From positions 1 to 64,000 of IMG/VR virus record IMGVR_UViG_3300029288_000111: 64,000 nucleotides of DNA, one strand, 5' to 3'. A program made the position numbers and the translations under genes. The notes beneath the pieces are model-generated. The model was not told where the DNA came from, made no database searches, and worked only from the letters and a program-made list of their open reading frames with translations. The DNA is from a virus (lineage: Duplodnaviria; Caudoviricetes). Of the stretch, positions 18,736 to 29,302 are shown in pieces. The first letter of the stretch is position 1. The number at the start of each line of letters is the position of its first letter.

Positions 18736-20334
18736 CTATAGGCCGCCCAGCCCGGGCATCAGCTCGCTGGCGCCAGCCAGCAGGTCGCCTAAGAGCACCC
18801 CGCTCGTCTCCTCCTGCGCCGGCTGCACCTCGTGCAGGCCGACCACGCCGGTGAAGGAAGCCCGGGCGAACGCCAGGTTGAGGCCGTCCATGTCATCGGG
18901 GCTGCGGCCGATCCGCTCCTTCGTCTTCTCCTTCGGCTCCACGACCCGCCGCCCCGCCCCATCCAACTTGTAGGTCGGCGCCATCGCCTGCCGGCGGATC
19001 AGGCTGAGGCTCTCCGGGTGCAGGCGCGTCAGGTCCAGTTCACCGCGCTCGGCGCGCTCCGCCACGTCGAACCAGAGTTCGGAGCGCCGGTTTGGATAGT
19101 CCTCCGAGGCCGCCGCCGTGCTGGCCCCGCTCACAGGCACGAACTTCCAGCCGTCCGCCTTGTCCACCACGCCGCCGCCCACGCCGTCATCGTCGATCTT
19201 GATCTCCACCCGCCTGGGGTCCTCACCCGGCACGGCGAACCGCTGCGCCAGCCACTTGAGTTCCCCGGCGGTCTGGGTGGTATCCCAGCCGTTGTGCGTC
19301 TCGTGGTGCAGCACGCACGGTCCGCGGCGCACGAAGATGGAGGTGAAGTCATCGCCGAAGCGGGCGACGTCGCAGCCGATTTCGAGGGGGTGCCCGTCAC
19401 CGGAGAGCTGACGGAAGCAGCCATTCCAGACGCCCTCACTCCACACAGAGTAAGATCCAGACGTCGGCCAACGCCCCAGCACGCGCCCCTCGAACAGGGG
19501 CCCCGGGCGATACCACTTCCCCGCGTCGGGGGGGAACTCCACGTCGCTCGCCTTGTGGTCGCCCGCCGCAATCGGCGTGCACCACTTCCGAACGCGCTCC
19601 TCCACCCACTCCAGGTTGACCGCTCCGGGGAAGGGCGGAGGATGCCCGACGAGCTGCGCGGCGATGTTTGGATGATCGAGCGCCGAGACGGTGATGACGT
19701 GCCAGTCGCCGGAGAGTTCCTCTTCGTAAGCCCGCGACGAGGTGTCCGTGGGGTTCATGATCACGAGCCAGTAGGTCTGGCCCGACGCCATCATGCCCTC
19801 GGCGGCATCCCAGAATTGCCCGTCAATGCCGGTCGCCTCGTCGAAGATGATCAGGACCGACTTCTCGTGACGACCCTGGAAACTGTCGGCATCACGCGCG
19901 GTGTAGCCGGCCGCGAAGTGCTCCGGACTGACCTCCATCCGGTCCGCCTTCGGCAGCAGGCCCGGCCGCCCGCCGCGCTGCATCCGCACTTCTTTCCAGA
20001 GGAGGTCGTGAACCTGCGCCTGCGTCGGGGCGGTCGTCAGGCAGATCGAGGGGCGGAAGCAATCGAAGAACCAGTTGACCAGGCCGCCGCCGAGGTGCGT
20101 CTTGCCGATGGAGTGGCTCGCCTTGACGAGCACGCGCCGATGCTGCACCAGCGCGCGGGCGATCTCAAGCTGCTTCTCCCACCAGGTGACGTGGAGGACG
20201 TCATCTGCGTAGGCGTCAGGATACTGCCGGTAGAGTTCCAGCAGCCTCCATAGCCTCAAGCCGTGCAATTCGCTGCTTGAGTTCGTCTCCTGAGAGGTCT
20301 CCCAGGAAGTTGAGGGTAACGCCGATGTTGCCAC
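18736..20334 (-). CDS. terL: Terminase large subunit
   Basis: Walker A SHSIGKT, Walker B IIFDEA, coupling motif MNP, nuclease IGCDVARFGDD and SPDDMDG; start uncertain. Confidence 0.92.
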   Translation of the reverse strand: MATSALPSTSWETSQETNSSSELHGLRLWRLLELYRQYPDAYADDVLHVTWWEKQLEIARALVQHRRVLVKASHSIGKTHLGGGLVNWFFDCFRPSICLTTAPTQAQVHDLLWKEVRMQRGGRPGLLPKADRMEVSPEHFAAGYTARDADSFQGRHEKSVLIIFDEATGIDGQFWDAAEGMMASGQTYWLVIMNPTDTSSRAYEEELSGDWHVITVSALDHPNIAAQLVGHPPPFPGAVNLEWVEERVRKWCTPIAAGDHKASDVEFPPDAGKWYRPGPLFEGRVLGRWPTSGSYSVWSEGVWNGCFRQLSGDGHPLEIGCDVARFGDDFTSIFVRRGPCVLHHETHNGWDTTQTAGELKWLAQRFAVPGEDPRRVEIKIDDDGVGGGVVDKADGWKFVPVSGASTAAASEDYPNRRSELWFDVAERAERGELDLTRLHPESLSLIRRQAMAPTYKLDGAGRRVVEPKEKTKERIGRSPDDMDGLNLAFARASFTGVVGLHEVQPAQEETSGVLLGDLLAGASELMPGLGGL

Positions 20335-20854
20335 TGTGCTCGACGCCCTCCCGGAACAGCTTGTGGTACTTACCCATCAGCTCGAACGCCCGTTGCGCGT
20401 CGTGGAACTCCACGATCAGCCGCCCCTGCCGGTCGTACCTGAAGCCCTTGATGAGGTGCAGCTTGCCCGCTTCCTGCGCCTTCCGCAGGTCGAGGATCGG
20501 CTTGCCGCTCTTGCCGATGCGGAAGAAGTCCTCGATGTTCAGCGCCGCTTGATCGGAAATGCCGGCCAAGACCTGCCCCTCCGGCATGGTCCGCTCGCGC
20601 CACTCCGCCTCCTGCTCGGCACGGATGGAGGCGTCGAACGCCTCGGCCCGCTCCCGCCAGCGCCACCTGATCACAGCGTCATCCCATGAGCCAGGAGTCC
20701 GCTTTTTCCCGCTTTCTCCCGCCTCGGCCCGCTCGCGGTTGTAGATCGCCAGCACCGCGCGCCGCTTCCCCGACAGCTTGAAGGCGTGGAAGCGGTTGTA
20801 CCACAGCGAGGGCTCTCCCGGCTGTCTCTCCCAGATCGGTTCCATCAGATCCAT
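20216..20854 (-). CDS. terS: Terminase small subunit
   Basis: WERQPGEP...WRERAEAFD...HDAQRAFELMGK...VEHSG; immediately upstream of TerL. Confidence 0.75.
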   Translation of the reverse strand: MDLMEPIWERQPGEPSLWYNRFHAFKLSGKRRAVLAIYNRERAEAGESGKKRTPGSWDDAVIRWRWRERAEAFDASIRAEQEAEWRERTMPEGQVLAGISDQAALNIEDFFRIGKSGKPILDLRKAQEAGKLHLIKGFRYDRQGRLIVEFHDAQRAFELMGKYHKLFREGVEHSGNIGVTLNFLGDLSGDELKQRIARLEAMEAAGTLPAVS

Positions 20855-21015
20855 TTCCAGTGCTCCAAATCGGGTGCGGGGCAGCGGCGGAAAGGGGAAG
20901 CTCCGCTGCCCCGCGAGTGGCCGCCGGCAGGCCGCGAACCGACGACCACAGGGGAAACCAGAGTCAAGATTCCTGGTCGGGTGGCACCGTGTTCCTCTCC
21001 CTCTCCCTCGAATCA

Positions 21016-21119
21016 CGAGGGGCCGCGCTGCCCAGACGCGGCCCCTCGTTTGCCCCCGACCCTCTCGGCCCACGAACATCGTACAGAGCGAGGGCCGCGC
21101 TCCGAAGAACGCGGCCCTC
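21016..21119. repeat. Two related GC-rich hairpins (GAGGG(G)CCGCG...CGCGG(C)CCCTC)
   Basis: Stems at 21016-21048 and 21090-21119. Confidence 0.65.
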
Positions 21120-21518
21120 TCACCTAATAGGACGGCGGGCCAGGACTATCCTGGCTTGCTCGGCGACATTCTATTCTGGTGGGGGGATACCGACGCTTCT
21201 TGCCTTACGGCTCATCGTGGGGCACACCGAGCACCCTACCCCTCCTGGGCGTGTCCCTCCACGCCGCCGCCGTCCTGTCCAGTTCTATGGGCCGGCCTCC
21301 CGCATGCCCTTGCAGCCGGCCCTTTCTCTCTTTGCGGCCCCCTGCCGGTCTTGATCGCCTGATTGGCTCCTGCCCCGGACCAACCGGCCTGCCGGGGCGA
21401 ACTCCCGAGGTGGGTGGCTCCGCCTTGCTGTTGTGGGAATCCGATGGCCGCCGTCTTGCTTTGGACCATCCGCCGGCGTTGGTCGGCGGAGCTGGACGCG
21501 AACCAGCATCTGCGGCCC

Positions 21519-21595
21519 TGGTGGAACCCGAGGGAATCGAACCCCCGCCCTCGTCAGGGATCACCCGACGCGCTCTCCCACTGAGCTATGATTCC
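21519..21595 (-). tRNA. tRNA-like gene with aberrant anticodon arm (central GAT, Ile-like); probably pseudo-tRNA
   Basis: TAGCTCAGTGG D-arm, GGGGG-TTCGATT-CCCTC T-arm, encoded CCA; 9-nt anticodon loop and one acceptor-stem mismatch. Confidence 0.7.
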
Positions 21596-21638
21596 GCGAC
21601 CCCGCTCTCGCTCAGGCGTAGCTAGCCCCAACACCCCT

Positions 21639-21667
21639 ACTATACCATGCGCCCTAACGTTTGTCAA
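21639..21667 (-). promoter_or_regulatory. Sigma70-type promoter for the tRNA-like/ncRNA block
   Basis: TTGACA-17-TATAGT. Confidence 0.75.
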
Positions 21668-21694
21668 CGCTACCGGTAGTGTTTCTGCGCGTTT

Positions 21695-21985
21695 TCAGTT
21701 GGCCAGCAGGCCGGAGCGCACCACCCCGATGAACGCTTCCAGCGCGTCGCAGGCGTGCGCGCGCTCCCGCTTCGGCAGGGCGAAGAACCCCTCCAGGCGG
21801 TCGGCCTCCTGCACCATCCGCGCCGCTGCCGCCGCTTCCCCCCGCACCTCGATGGTCGTGTACCGCTCCCCGCAGGTGAGACACTCCCGCCGACGGCGCA
21901 CGTACCCCTCGGTGTGGCGGGTCTCCACCACGCGCGTCTCCCCACCACACTTCTCGCACAGATCAGGACACACCGCTTCTTTCAC
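21695..21985 (-). CDS. NrdR-N-like Zn-ribbon protein
   Basis: CEKCG..TRVVETR...VRRRRECLTCGERYTTIE. Confidence 0.75.
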   Translation of the reverse strand: MKEAVCPDLCEKCGGETRVVETRHTEGYVRRRRECLTCGERYTTIEVRGEAAAAARMVQEADRLEGFFALPKRERAHACDALEAFIGVVRSGLLAN

Positions 21986-22274
21986 GTCGCCTCCTCACCC
22001 GCCGGGCGATCCACCCGAACAGGCTGCCGCCCCGCTGCCGCTTCGCCCACGCCGCCGCGTCGTCGGCCGCCGTAATGCCCTCCTCCAGGTCCTCGGGAGA
22101 GACCAGCGGGCTCCGCAGCACCATCGGCCGGCCATAGGGATCGGCGTGCTCCTCTTTCGGCTGGAATCGCGCCAGTGTCATGTGGTTATGGAACGCCTTC
22201 AGCACCTGGCGCGCCGAGGCAACCGGGCGCGGCTCCTCACCCCCCGCTGTGGATGCGATCGGATCGTCTGCCAC
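21963..22274 (-). CDS. Hypothetical protein
   Basis: ORF in operon. Confidence 0.45.
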   Translation of the reverse strand: MADDPIASTAGGEEPRPVASARQVLKAFHNHMTLARFQPKEEHADPYGRPMVLRSPLVSPEDLEEGITAADDAAAWAKRQRGGSLFGWIARRVRRRRERSGVS

Positions 22275-22289
22275 GGCGCCCCCTCTCGG

Positions 22290-23084
22290 TCATTCTCGCA
22301 GCACACCTGGACTCGGCGCCAACGCGATGCCGCTGATCTTCCCCGGAGCGAAACAGCACGGGTGCGCCGATGGAACGAGCGGGTGTGGGAACACTATGCT
22401 GGGCGGTCCACCCTCCAGGAATAGCACCACCCCATCGCGGCGTACCAGGAAGTCGGCACTGAAGCCTTCCGGGAAGCTGCCAGCATCGCAGAGCGCGCGA
22501 GCATACCCCGCAACCCAGTCCACGAAGCACCGCCAGTCCACTTCACCGGGATCCATCGGCGCCTGCGGGTAGTAGTTTGAGATTCCCAACGGACCGTGCG
22601 GTCCGTAGAACGCCCGGAACTCAACCGGGTAGCGCCTTGGCCCGTGCCGCATCGGCACTACCCAGGGGCGCACACACAGTCGCGTCTCGAAATCCCCATG
22701 CGCGTTTTGCACGCCCACGGTGCAGGCGTCTACCCGCGTGTCGTCGCAGGTAACACTCTCGTGCCAGCGATACGCCCGGTGCTCTTCCTGCTCCAGTCCG
22801 ATGCCGTCACAGGCCACTGATTTCTGCACGCCCCCGCAGCACGATTCCCAGCGCCACATGAGCGGTTCGCCGCTCTCAATGCGGCTCTCCACCCACCGAA
22901 TCGCCTCCCGAAGTTCGGGGTGCGGCTCCCCGTCCATGCAGGCGCCGATCTGATCCACCGGGAAAGGGCTTGAGAACTCGGCGGGAATGTGTGGAACTTC
23001 AGCTTTGACACACAGCTCAAGCCACGGCCCCAGCGGCACTAGACGCTGGCACTCTCGGATGTACTCCAACTCGTTGTCATTCAA
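22290..23084 (-). CDS. Hypothetical protein, possibly ATP-grasp-like
   Basis: EFRAF...FSADFLV...LFLEGG pattern. Confidence 0.55.
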   Translation of the reverse strand: MNDNELEYIRECQRLVPLGPWLELCVKAEVPHIPAEFSSPFPVDQIGACMDGEPHPELREAIRWVESRIESGEPLMWRWESCCGGVQKSVACDGIGLEQEEHRAYRWHESVTCDDTRVDACTVGVQNAHGDFETRLCVRPWVVPMRHGPRRYPVEFRAFYGPHGPLGISNYYPQAPMDPGEVDWRCFVDWVAGYARALCDAGSFPEGFSADFLVRRDGVVLFLEGGPPSIVFPHPLVPSAHPCCFAPGKISGIALAPSPGVLRE

Positions 23085-23088
23085 CTCT

Positions 23089-23922
23089 TCACCCCTTCGA
23101 CGGCTCCCCTGTCGTCGGCACCACCTGTTCCTCGCCGCAATCGGTAGCCGGTGCCAACGACTCCCGCGCTCGCTCGATGTCCGCTTCGTCGAACGGCACG
23201 AACTCCTCCTTGCACTCCTGCCCGAGCACGAGAGGCCCGTAGCCGAGGGAATACCCGCCCCACTGCTTCCTTATCTCCTCAACCTGATCTTCAGACACCT
23301 TGACACGGGGGATGAAGCCGAGGAGGCGATCCGGCCGCAACTCCTCCGGCCCCATGATCACGCTGAGGAGCCATTCCCCTGTCACCGGATCCTTGAGGGC
23401 CGCTCGGTGGTCGAACAGCCGCCGGGTGATGCCCACGTCTCTCAGGCAGTAGGAGACCACCGCTCCGATCTTCCCCTGCTGCCACAGCCGCGGCGCGTCC
23501 TCCCCCGAGCTGCTCTTGGCGATCCCCAGGTTCGCCTGCGCCAGCGCGTCGAGGGTATACCCGGCGCGCGTCAGGCCCCGCGCGTACTCCCCCGGCTGCC
23601 CCGATGCCAGGCGCACCTCACGCAGGAGGTCGTAGGTCGTCTGCACCCGGATCCCGTGCGCCGCGCACAGCCGGTCGTCGAACGAGAGCGAGTTGAAGCC
23701 GATCACGTGCTCGCGGGCATCCACGAGCGCCTGGAAGTCGGCCAGGTTGTCATCCAGGAAGACGGACGCCACCCCGTCGGCGTAGTCATAGACGCCGATG
23801 CAGGCGATCCCCATCCCCTCGAAGTCCTCCCAGCCGCCGCAGTACTCCACGCCCGACAGCGCCCGGCCGACGCGCGGCGGGATGCACCGCCGGATCTCCA
23901 CGTCATACACAATGGCATTCAT
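23089..23922 (-). CDS. RNase H-like / DEDD 3'-5' exonuclease
   Basis: YDVE, GFNSLSFD, YCLRDV exonuclease motifs. Confidence 0.78.
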   Translation of the reverse strand: MNAIVYDVEIRRCIPPRVGRALSGVEYCGGWEDFEGMGIACIGVYDYADGVASVFLDDNLADFQALVDAREHVIGFNSLSFDDRLCAAHGIRVQTTYDLLREVRLASGQPGEYARGLTRAGYTLDALAQANLGIAKSSSGEDAPRLWQQGKIGAVVSYCLRDVGITRRLFDHRAALKDPVTGEWLLSVIMGPEELRPDRLLGFIPRVKVSEDQVEEIRKQWGGYSLGYGPLVLGQECKEEFVPFDEADIERARESLAPATDCGEEQVVPTTGEPSKG

Positions 23923-24066
23923 GCTCGTTCCCTTTCCCCGGGTTCTCGATCCGCTCGCGCAGCCGCCACTGGAGCGCCTCCCAGCACTCCGCGCACCACC
24001 AGGAGTGAGAAGTGCGCGCCGGCCGCCCGCACTCCTCACAGACCCCCTGCGGCGGCCACGGGTGTC

Positions 24067-24486
24067 TCATCGCCCCATCCGGCTGCGCGCCAGGCCCCGG
24101 TTCCGGCGCGACTCGCCCCACTCCCTGATGTAGCGCGCATGCGCCCGCTGCGCCACTTCCTCCTCTCCGGTCAGCGGCGCGGCCGCCGGCTTCTCCTCGC
24201 GCGCCTTTCCACCGGCCAGCGAGGCACCCAGCGCCCCCGCCAGAAACTCAAGGTAACGACACAACCGGTTCCTCACGCCTCCCCGCTGCCTTTGGTGTCC
24301 AGCGCCCTCACCGCCGCGGTATTCCTCCGGCCGGTCATCCCCTCGGCGGATCTCGAAATGATCCACAGGGGAAGGAGGATCGTTCTTCGCTTGCTCCACC
24401 AACTCCCGCAACTCCTCCGGCATGATTGCCTTTGCCACGTCATCCGGGATCGGCACGGCTATCACTTTTTCGAGTGGACAGTTCAT
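24067..24486 (-). CDS. Hypothetical protein
   Basis: ORF in operon. Confidence 0.4.
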   Translation of the reverse strand: MNCPLEKVIAVPIPDDVAKAIMPEELRELVEQAKNDPPSPVDHFEIRRGDDRPEEYRGGEGAGHQRQRGGVRNRLCRYLEFLAGALGASLAGGKAREEKPAAAPLTGEEEVAQRAHARYIREWGESRRNRGLARSRMGR

Positions 24487-24496
24487 CCCACGCTCC

Positions 24497-24988
24497 TCAC
24501 GACACGCGAACGTCCTCGCGGTGCTGGGCCAGCGTCAGCCCCACCGAACGGATGACCCCTTTGTATTCCACGAGGTAGAGTTCGGTTTCCACCCACTGTG
24601 CCCGCACCGCATCGCTGCTCATCAGCAGCATCGGCATCGTCTCCACCAGCGTCACGGTCTGATACAAGGTCCGCGCCCGCTCGGCCAGCAGGTCATACTC
24701 CCCCAACATGAGATGGTGCGCGCATGGCAGCCCCTTCATCTGCTGGCACCCAAGCAGGCGCAAGCAGTACTGCGGCAGGAGTATCACCTGCCGGGCGGCG
24801 CTCTCCCTCCACGCCGTTACCATCGTCTGTGGAACCGCCACCGCCGCCTCCAGGATGCTCTTCGCCTCCTGCTCGTCCACCGCCCCGACGCAGGGGGTGC
24901 GCCGCAGCGCCCCCTCCAGCGGCACCACCCCGACATAGGCACGCCGCAGCGGCGGGAAAAGGAGCGCCTGCGCGCCCGAGCAGTCCAT
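24497..24988 (-). CDS. Hypothetical protein
   Basis: GGAGG RBS before ATG 24988. Confidence 0.5.
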   Translation of the reverse strand: MDCSGAQALLFPPLRRAYVGVVPLEGALRRTPCVGAVDEQEAKSILEAAVAVPQTMVTAWRESAARQVILLPQYCLRLLGCQQMKGLPCAHHLMLGEYDLLAERARTLYQTVTLVETMPMLLMSSDAVRAQWVETELYLVEYKGVIRSVGLTLAQHREDVRVS

Positions 24989-25149
24989 CAGGTGGCCTCC
25001 ACCACATTCCTGGTCGCCAGCATATTGGCCTCGGCATACTGCGCGCACGCCTCCACCAGCATCTCGCGGGTCCAGTTCAGGCGGTTGGCAACGACTTCCG
25101 CCACATCAATCGGTAGCATCCGCCTTAGCTCCTCTCTCGCTCATCCATG

Positions 25150-27068
25150 TCATGTCTCCATCCACAATGCGAGCTGCCCCGCGGTCCGCTCCTCGAAAGC
25201 CCGGTGGCTCGCTTTCCGGGCGTCCTCCGCGGCGAAGATCCCCTCCACGTTGCGGGCACCGGTCTCCCGTACCATGCGCTGCCACCAGGCAATCCGCGCG
25301 GCGGCCAGCGCACAGTACTCCTCGGATTGCTCCACCAGTACCACTTGCTCCCAGCCAGCCAGAAGTGCGCCGATGGCTTCGCTGCCGGTCCCTCCGAATG
25401 GGATCAGGAGTCGGCGCGGCGCGTAGGCGGCAGGCGGGAGAAGGAGGGTCGAAAGCCAGATACACAATGAGATGGGTTTCACCGCCTTCACGTGGGGTGG
25501 GGATTGCGAGTCCCCACCCCACCTTGACCCTCCTCTACCGGCTCGAAGTACTCCCGAAGGTGTTCGGGTATATCAGTAGTGTCGAATACCATAATCGCCC
25601 TTCGTGCCGTCCGCGTCGCTGGTAGTGCAGTTTGACGGTGACTACTGGCATCTCGTAACTCCCTGAGAACGTATGCACGCTGTTCTGGCGTCAGGTCTGC
25701 ACGCAGCTTCACCCGCTTCGCCCGCCCATCCAGCCCGGCGTCCCTCTCTCTCCTGCCGGCCTTCGCCTGGTATCTGACCGGCGCTGCCGCCGCAATGCGT
25801 TCGGCGACTTCGTGCTCCCACCCGAACTGCGGGAAGAAGCGGGAGACAGGGCCGGAATCGCCTGCGCGGTCGGTAGCGCCTACACCTTCCTTTCGCACGC
25901 CGAAGATGCCTTCGCGTTCCGGGCTCCCCTGATTGTTACCGCCATTCCGCCGCTCCCCCGCCTGCGCGTCAAGTTGCCGGACAGGGCACGTCTCCTCGCA
26001 CTCCCAGGCGGCCACTTCCTCGCTGCCGTCGGCGTCTCCGTAAGCAGGCGTATTCTCGCCGCCGTGCCAGCCAGCGTTGTAGATGCCGTTCCCCCCCGGC
26101 GCCGAGAGTTGCACCTTACCATCGCCCGCGCCGCGCTTATCACCCGGAACCCGCCGCGTGCCCACCCGCCGGCACCCGCCCACGAGCCCCCCGTCGCAGG
26201 CGTCGCAGCCCGCGCCGCCGCAATTCGGGCACTCGCGCGGCGCGTTGTGGCACAGCACCAGGTTTGGCGGCCACCTTCCGTTGGGCATAGCAGGACCGCT
26301 GCGCTCCTTCGGTTTGCCGGTGCGGAACATGGTAGCATTCGGCCTATCATAGCCCTCCGCGCAGGCGCTGCGAGGCAAGTCCTCTAGTTCGCCCGATTGA
26401 TCAACCACCTCTGGGCCGCAAGCTACCCTCCCTCCGTCAATCCACAGGCTCCCAGCCCCGGTGCGCGTGATGCACTCCACCGGGCGGCCCTCGTAGGTCT
26501 TCGCGAAGCACAGGATTGGCTCGGCGGCGTCCTTGAGGACCTGGCCTCCGTATCGGTGCCCGGACCACGTGCGCGCCAGGTCGGTGGCGGGGATTGACTG
26601 CTTCCCACTCCACCCCGGTCCAAGTGACTGGCTCTCGGCATGAATACCGCTCACGCGGCCCCGCGTGAGCGAGGCAAACCCACAAGGTTCCCGCTCCGCT
26701 CCCACCGCCGCGTCCACCTGAGTATCAATCCTGGTTGCTTTTGGGAACGAACTCCCCGTGGCCCACACGAACACCGACGGGTAAAGCCGGAACCCGGCGT
26801 CCTCAACGGCCACGGCCTGCCGGTGCCACCCGCGCGAGCTACAGAAGGCAAACCCGAACGCGCCGGGGTGCAGGTGCAGCAGGAAGGCAGCCCAGGTGTC
26901 AGGTCGGAAGGCGACGCCGGTAGCATCCCATTTAGATTGCATGAAGGCCAGCTCATAGGGTGGATCTGCCAAGAGCGCGTGGGCAGGTGCTCCCTCAAAC
27001 ACCTCTGCCCACTCGCGCACGTCGGCGCAGTAGATCGTCACGCCTTCCGCCTGCCAGTAGGGTGTCAT
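25150..27068 (-). pseudogene. N6/N4 DNA methyltransferase split by a frameshift near 25483-25490
   Basis: DPPY in the upstream ORF and PFGGTGS in the downstream ORF; conserved HPT-VKP is interrupted by 8 extra nt. Confidence 0.8.
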
Positions 27069-27523
27069 CCCTCTTCCACCGCCTCAATCACGAACACCGT
27101 CTCCGGCCGCTCCCGCCAGCGCGCCCCGGTCTCCTGCTCCACCCCTCCCAGCCGCACCCAGCGCGGCGAGTCATCGGGCGTCACTCGCCCCACAAAGAGC
27201 GCGTCTCTTGCCCACTTTGTGCCCTCCCAAGCGGCATCGTCGTCCATCCGCCGGCCGCGACGCACGATGAGCGAGACGCGCACCTGACCGGCGATCGCCG
27301 GGCACCCGGCCTGCGTCCACCCGGACAACGCCGCCTCCTTGCTTGCCCGGATCAACTGGCCCTTCCTCCAGGGCGGCATCTTGAAGGTGCGGTTGGCACA
27401 CAGCAGGTGCGGGTCGAATGGCACCGTGATCCGCACCGGCCCCTCGCTCCCAGTGGTGCCCGCGGTGGTGGCGGCCGTCGAAATAGTGATCTCTGTCTTC
27501 TCAGTCCGACGCGACTTCGCCAC
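27065..27523 (-). CDS. RusA-like Holliday junction resolvase
   Basis: RRMDDDA...KWARDAL...DDSPRWV pattern; start uncertain. Confidence 0.6.
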   Translation of the reverse strand: MAKSRRTEKTEITISTAATTAGTTGSEGPVRITVPFDPHLLCANRTFKMPPWRKGQLIRASKEAALSGWTQAGCPAIAGQVRVSLIVRRGRRMDDDAAWEGTKWARDALFVGRVTPDDSPRWVRLGGVEQETGARWRERPETVFVIEAVEEG

Positions 27524-28109
27524 CCAGCACCTCCCGAATATCGCGGCCGTCCACGGCATCCCCGATGGCATCCCAACCGGGGATGCGGCTTCGCGCGAAC
27601 AACTCCACCCGGCGCCGCTCCCCGTAGAGCGCCTCGATACGATAGCGCACCTCGGCAGGCTTGACGGAGTGCGCTCCCCGAGGCGTCATCACCACCTGCC
27701 GCACCCCCTTCGATGTCCTTGGCAGCCCCTTGCCCCGCGTGCCTACCAAACACACCTCCATCCCCGAGCGGGTGTAGTACCCCAGGCCCGCGAACAGATC
27801 CTGAGCGCACCAGAAGAGACCCCCGCAGCGAGGCCGCAGCTTGACCCAGCAAAATCCCACCGTCTTATAGCGAAATCCCCAGGCCGACATCACACTCAAC
27901 GCCTCCTCCAGGCAAGGAGAGGTCGCCCAGAGGAAGAGCACCGAATCTCGCGCGGCAATCGAACCCACCGGCAAGGCGCGGATCTCGTCGAGGGGCATCG
28001 TTCGGTAGTGATTCTCGGCACTGCGGGAGAGTCCCTTCCGGGAACGCACCCTGAACTTCCACGGCGGGTCCGCCAGGATCACTTCGTAGCCGTCCATTGC
28101 CTCTCCCAT
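27501..28109 (-). CDS. MT-A70-family adenine methyltransferase
   Basis: ILADPPW, LFLWAT, WGFRYKT..F.WVK, HSVKP, ELFAR. Confidence 0.92.
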   Translation of the reverse strand: MGEAMDGYEVILADPPWKFRVRSRKGLSRSAENHYRTMPLDEIRALPVGSIAARDSVLFLWATSPCLEEALSVMSAWGFRYKTVGFCWVKLRPRCGGLFWCAQDLFAGLGYYTRSGMEVCLVGTRGKGLPRTSKGVRQVVMTPRGAHSVKPAEVRYRIEALYGERRRVELFARSRIPGWDAIGDAVDGRDIREVLGGEVASD

Positions 28110-29254
28110 TACTGGATCGCCATCGGCATCAGCACGCTGATGTAGGAGCGCCCCTCCGCTGGCGGCTCATCCCAAAGCGGGCGCAGCATGCCGGGATTGA
28201 GGGGTCTGCTCACTTCCAGCGCCACCTGATCCGTCTCCATCGCCGCCAGGGCATCCACCACGTAGGCGCCATTGAACGCCATCTCCACCTGGCCGCCCGT
28301 CAGCGTCGCCTCCACCTCCCCGGCCGCCCGGCCCACCTCGCCGGCCTCCGTGGCGAGCGAGAGAAGCCCTTCTCCCGCCGCCTCCATGCGGAAGATCACC
28401 TTGTGAGTGCCTTGGCGCGGCAGGATCCGCAGCACCCGCTTCAGCGCCTCGAGCAACTCTTGACGGTTCGCCACGATCTGCTTCTCCCACTCTCGTGGGA
28501 TGACGCGCTCGAAGTTCAGGAACTGCCCCTCAATGAGCCGCGTGGTGAGTTCTAACCCATCGAGGACGAAGCGCGCGTTCCCCTTCCCGAACTGAACCTC
28601 CACCGACCGCTCTCCCTCGTCGGCGAGGCCCCGGCGCAACTCCTCCAGCGCGTGGTTCGGCACGATGACGCTCTCCTGCCCATCGGCCGGCACCAGCCCC
28701 GGGATCGGCAGCGTCGAGACCGCCAGGCGGTACGTATCGGTCGCCTCCATCTTCACCGCCCCGGGCAGGATCGTCACGTTCGCCCCGCACATCAGCGCGC
28801 GCGTCTCGTTATGGCCCGCAGCGTAACTCACCTCCCCGATCAGCCGCCGCAGGAGCGCCTGCTCCATCGTCAGCGACATCCCGCCATCCACTTTCGGCGG
28901 CACGGGGTAATCCTGCGCCGGCAGGCCCCGGATCGTGTATTCCGAGCGCAGGCAGGTGAGGAGAAGCACGTTATTCTCGTCCACCGCCAGCGACACCTCG
29001 CCGTCCGGGAGGCTCCCGACGATCTCCGTCAATAGCTTCCCCGGGAACGTCGCCGCGCCCGGCTCCACCACCGATGCCGCCATATCAGCCTTCATCCAGA
29101 GTTCGAAGTCGGATCCGTTCACCTCCAGCCGGTCTGCCTCCGCCCGCACCAACACGTGCGAGAGGATCGGCAACGTGGAGCGCCCATTGACCGCCCGGCT
29201 GGCCGTTGCCAGCACCTCGTGCAGCGCCTTCCGAGAACAGAACAGTTTCACCAC
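28109..29254 (-). CDS. dnaN: DNA polymerase III beta sliding clamp
   Basis: STLPILS, ATDTYRL, RLIEGQFLNFERVIP, FNGAYVVDAL, VLMP. Confidence 0.95.
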   Translation of the reverse strand: MVKLFCSRKALHEVLATASRAVNGRSTLPILSHVLVRAEADRLEVNGSDFELWMKADMAASVVEPGAATFPGKLLTEIVGSLPDGEVSLAVDENNVLLLTCLRSEYTIRGLPAQDYPVPPKVDGGMSLTMEQALLRRLIGEVSYAAGHNETRALMCGANVTILPGAVKMEATDTYRLAVSTLPIPGLVPADGQESVIVPNHALEELRRGLADEGERSVEVQFGKGNARFVLDGLELTTRLIEGQFLNFERVIPREWEKQIVANRQELLEALKRVLRILPRQGTHKVIFRMEAAGEGLLSLATEAGEVGRAAGEVEATLTGGQVEMAFNGAYVVDALAAMETDQVALEVSRPLNPGMLRPLWDEPPAEGRSYISVLMPMAIQ

Positions 29255-29273
29255 GCACCCCTTTCCTGATCCG

Positions 29274-29302
29274 GCTAACGCGCGAGCGCCGGATTCGTTC
29301 CC
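29274..29302 (-). promoter_or_regulatory. ECF-type promoter upstream of dnaN
   Basis: GGGAAC-N16-CGTTAGC. Confidence 0.8.

Noticed and set aside
23876-23887. 12-nt match (GGCGGGATGCAC) to spacer 62577-62609
   Set aside because: Too short, and the flanks diverge; not credible self-targeting.
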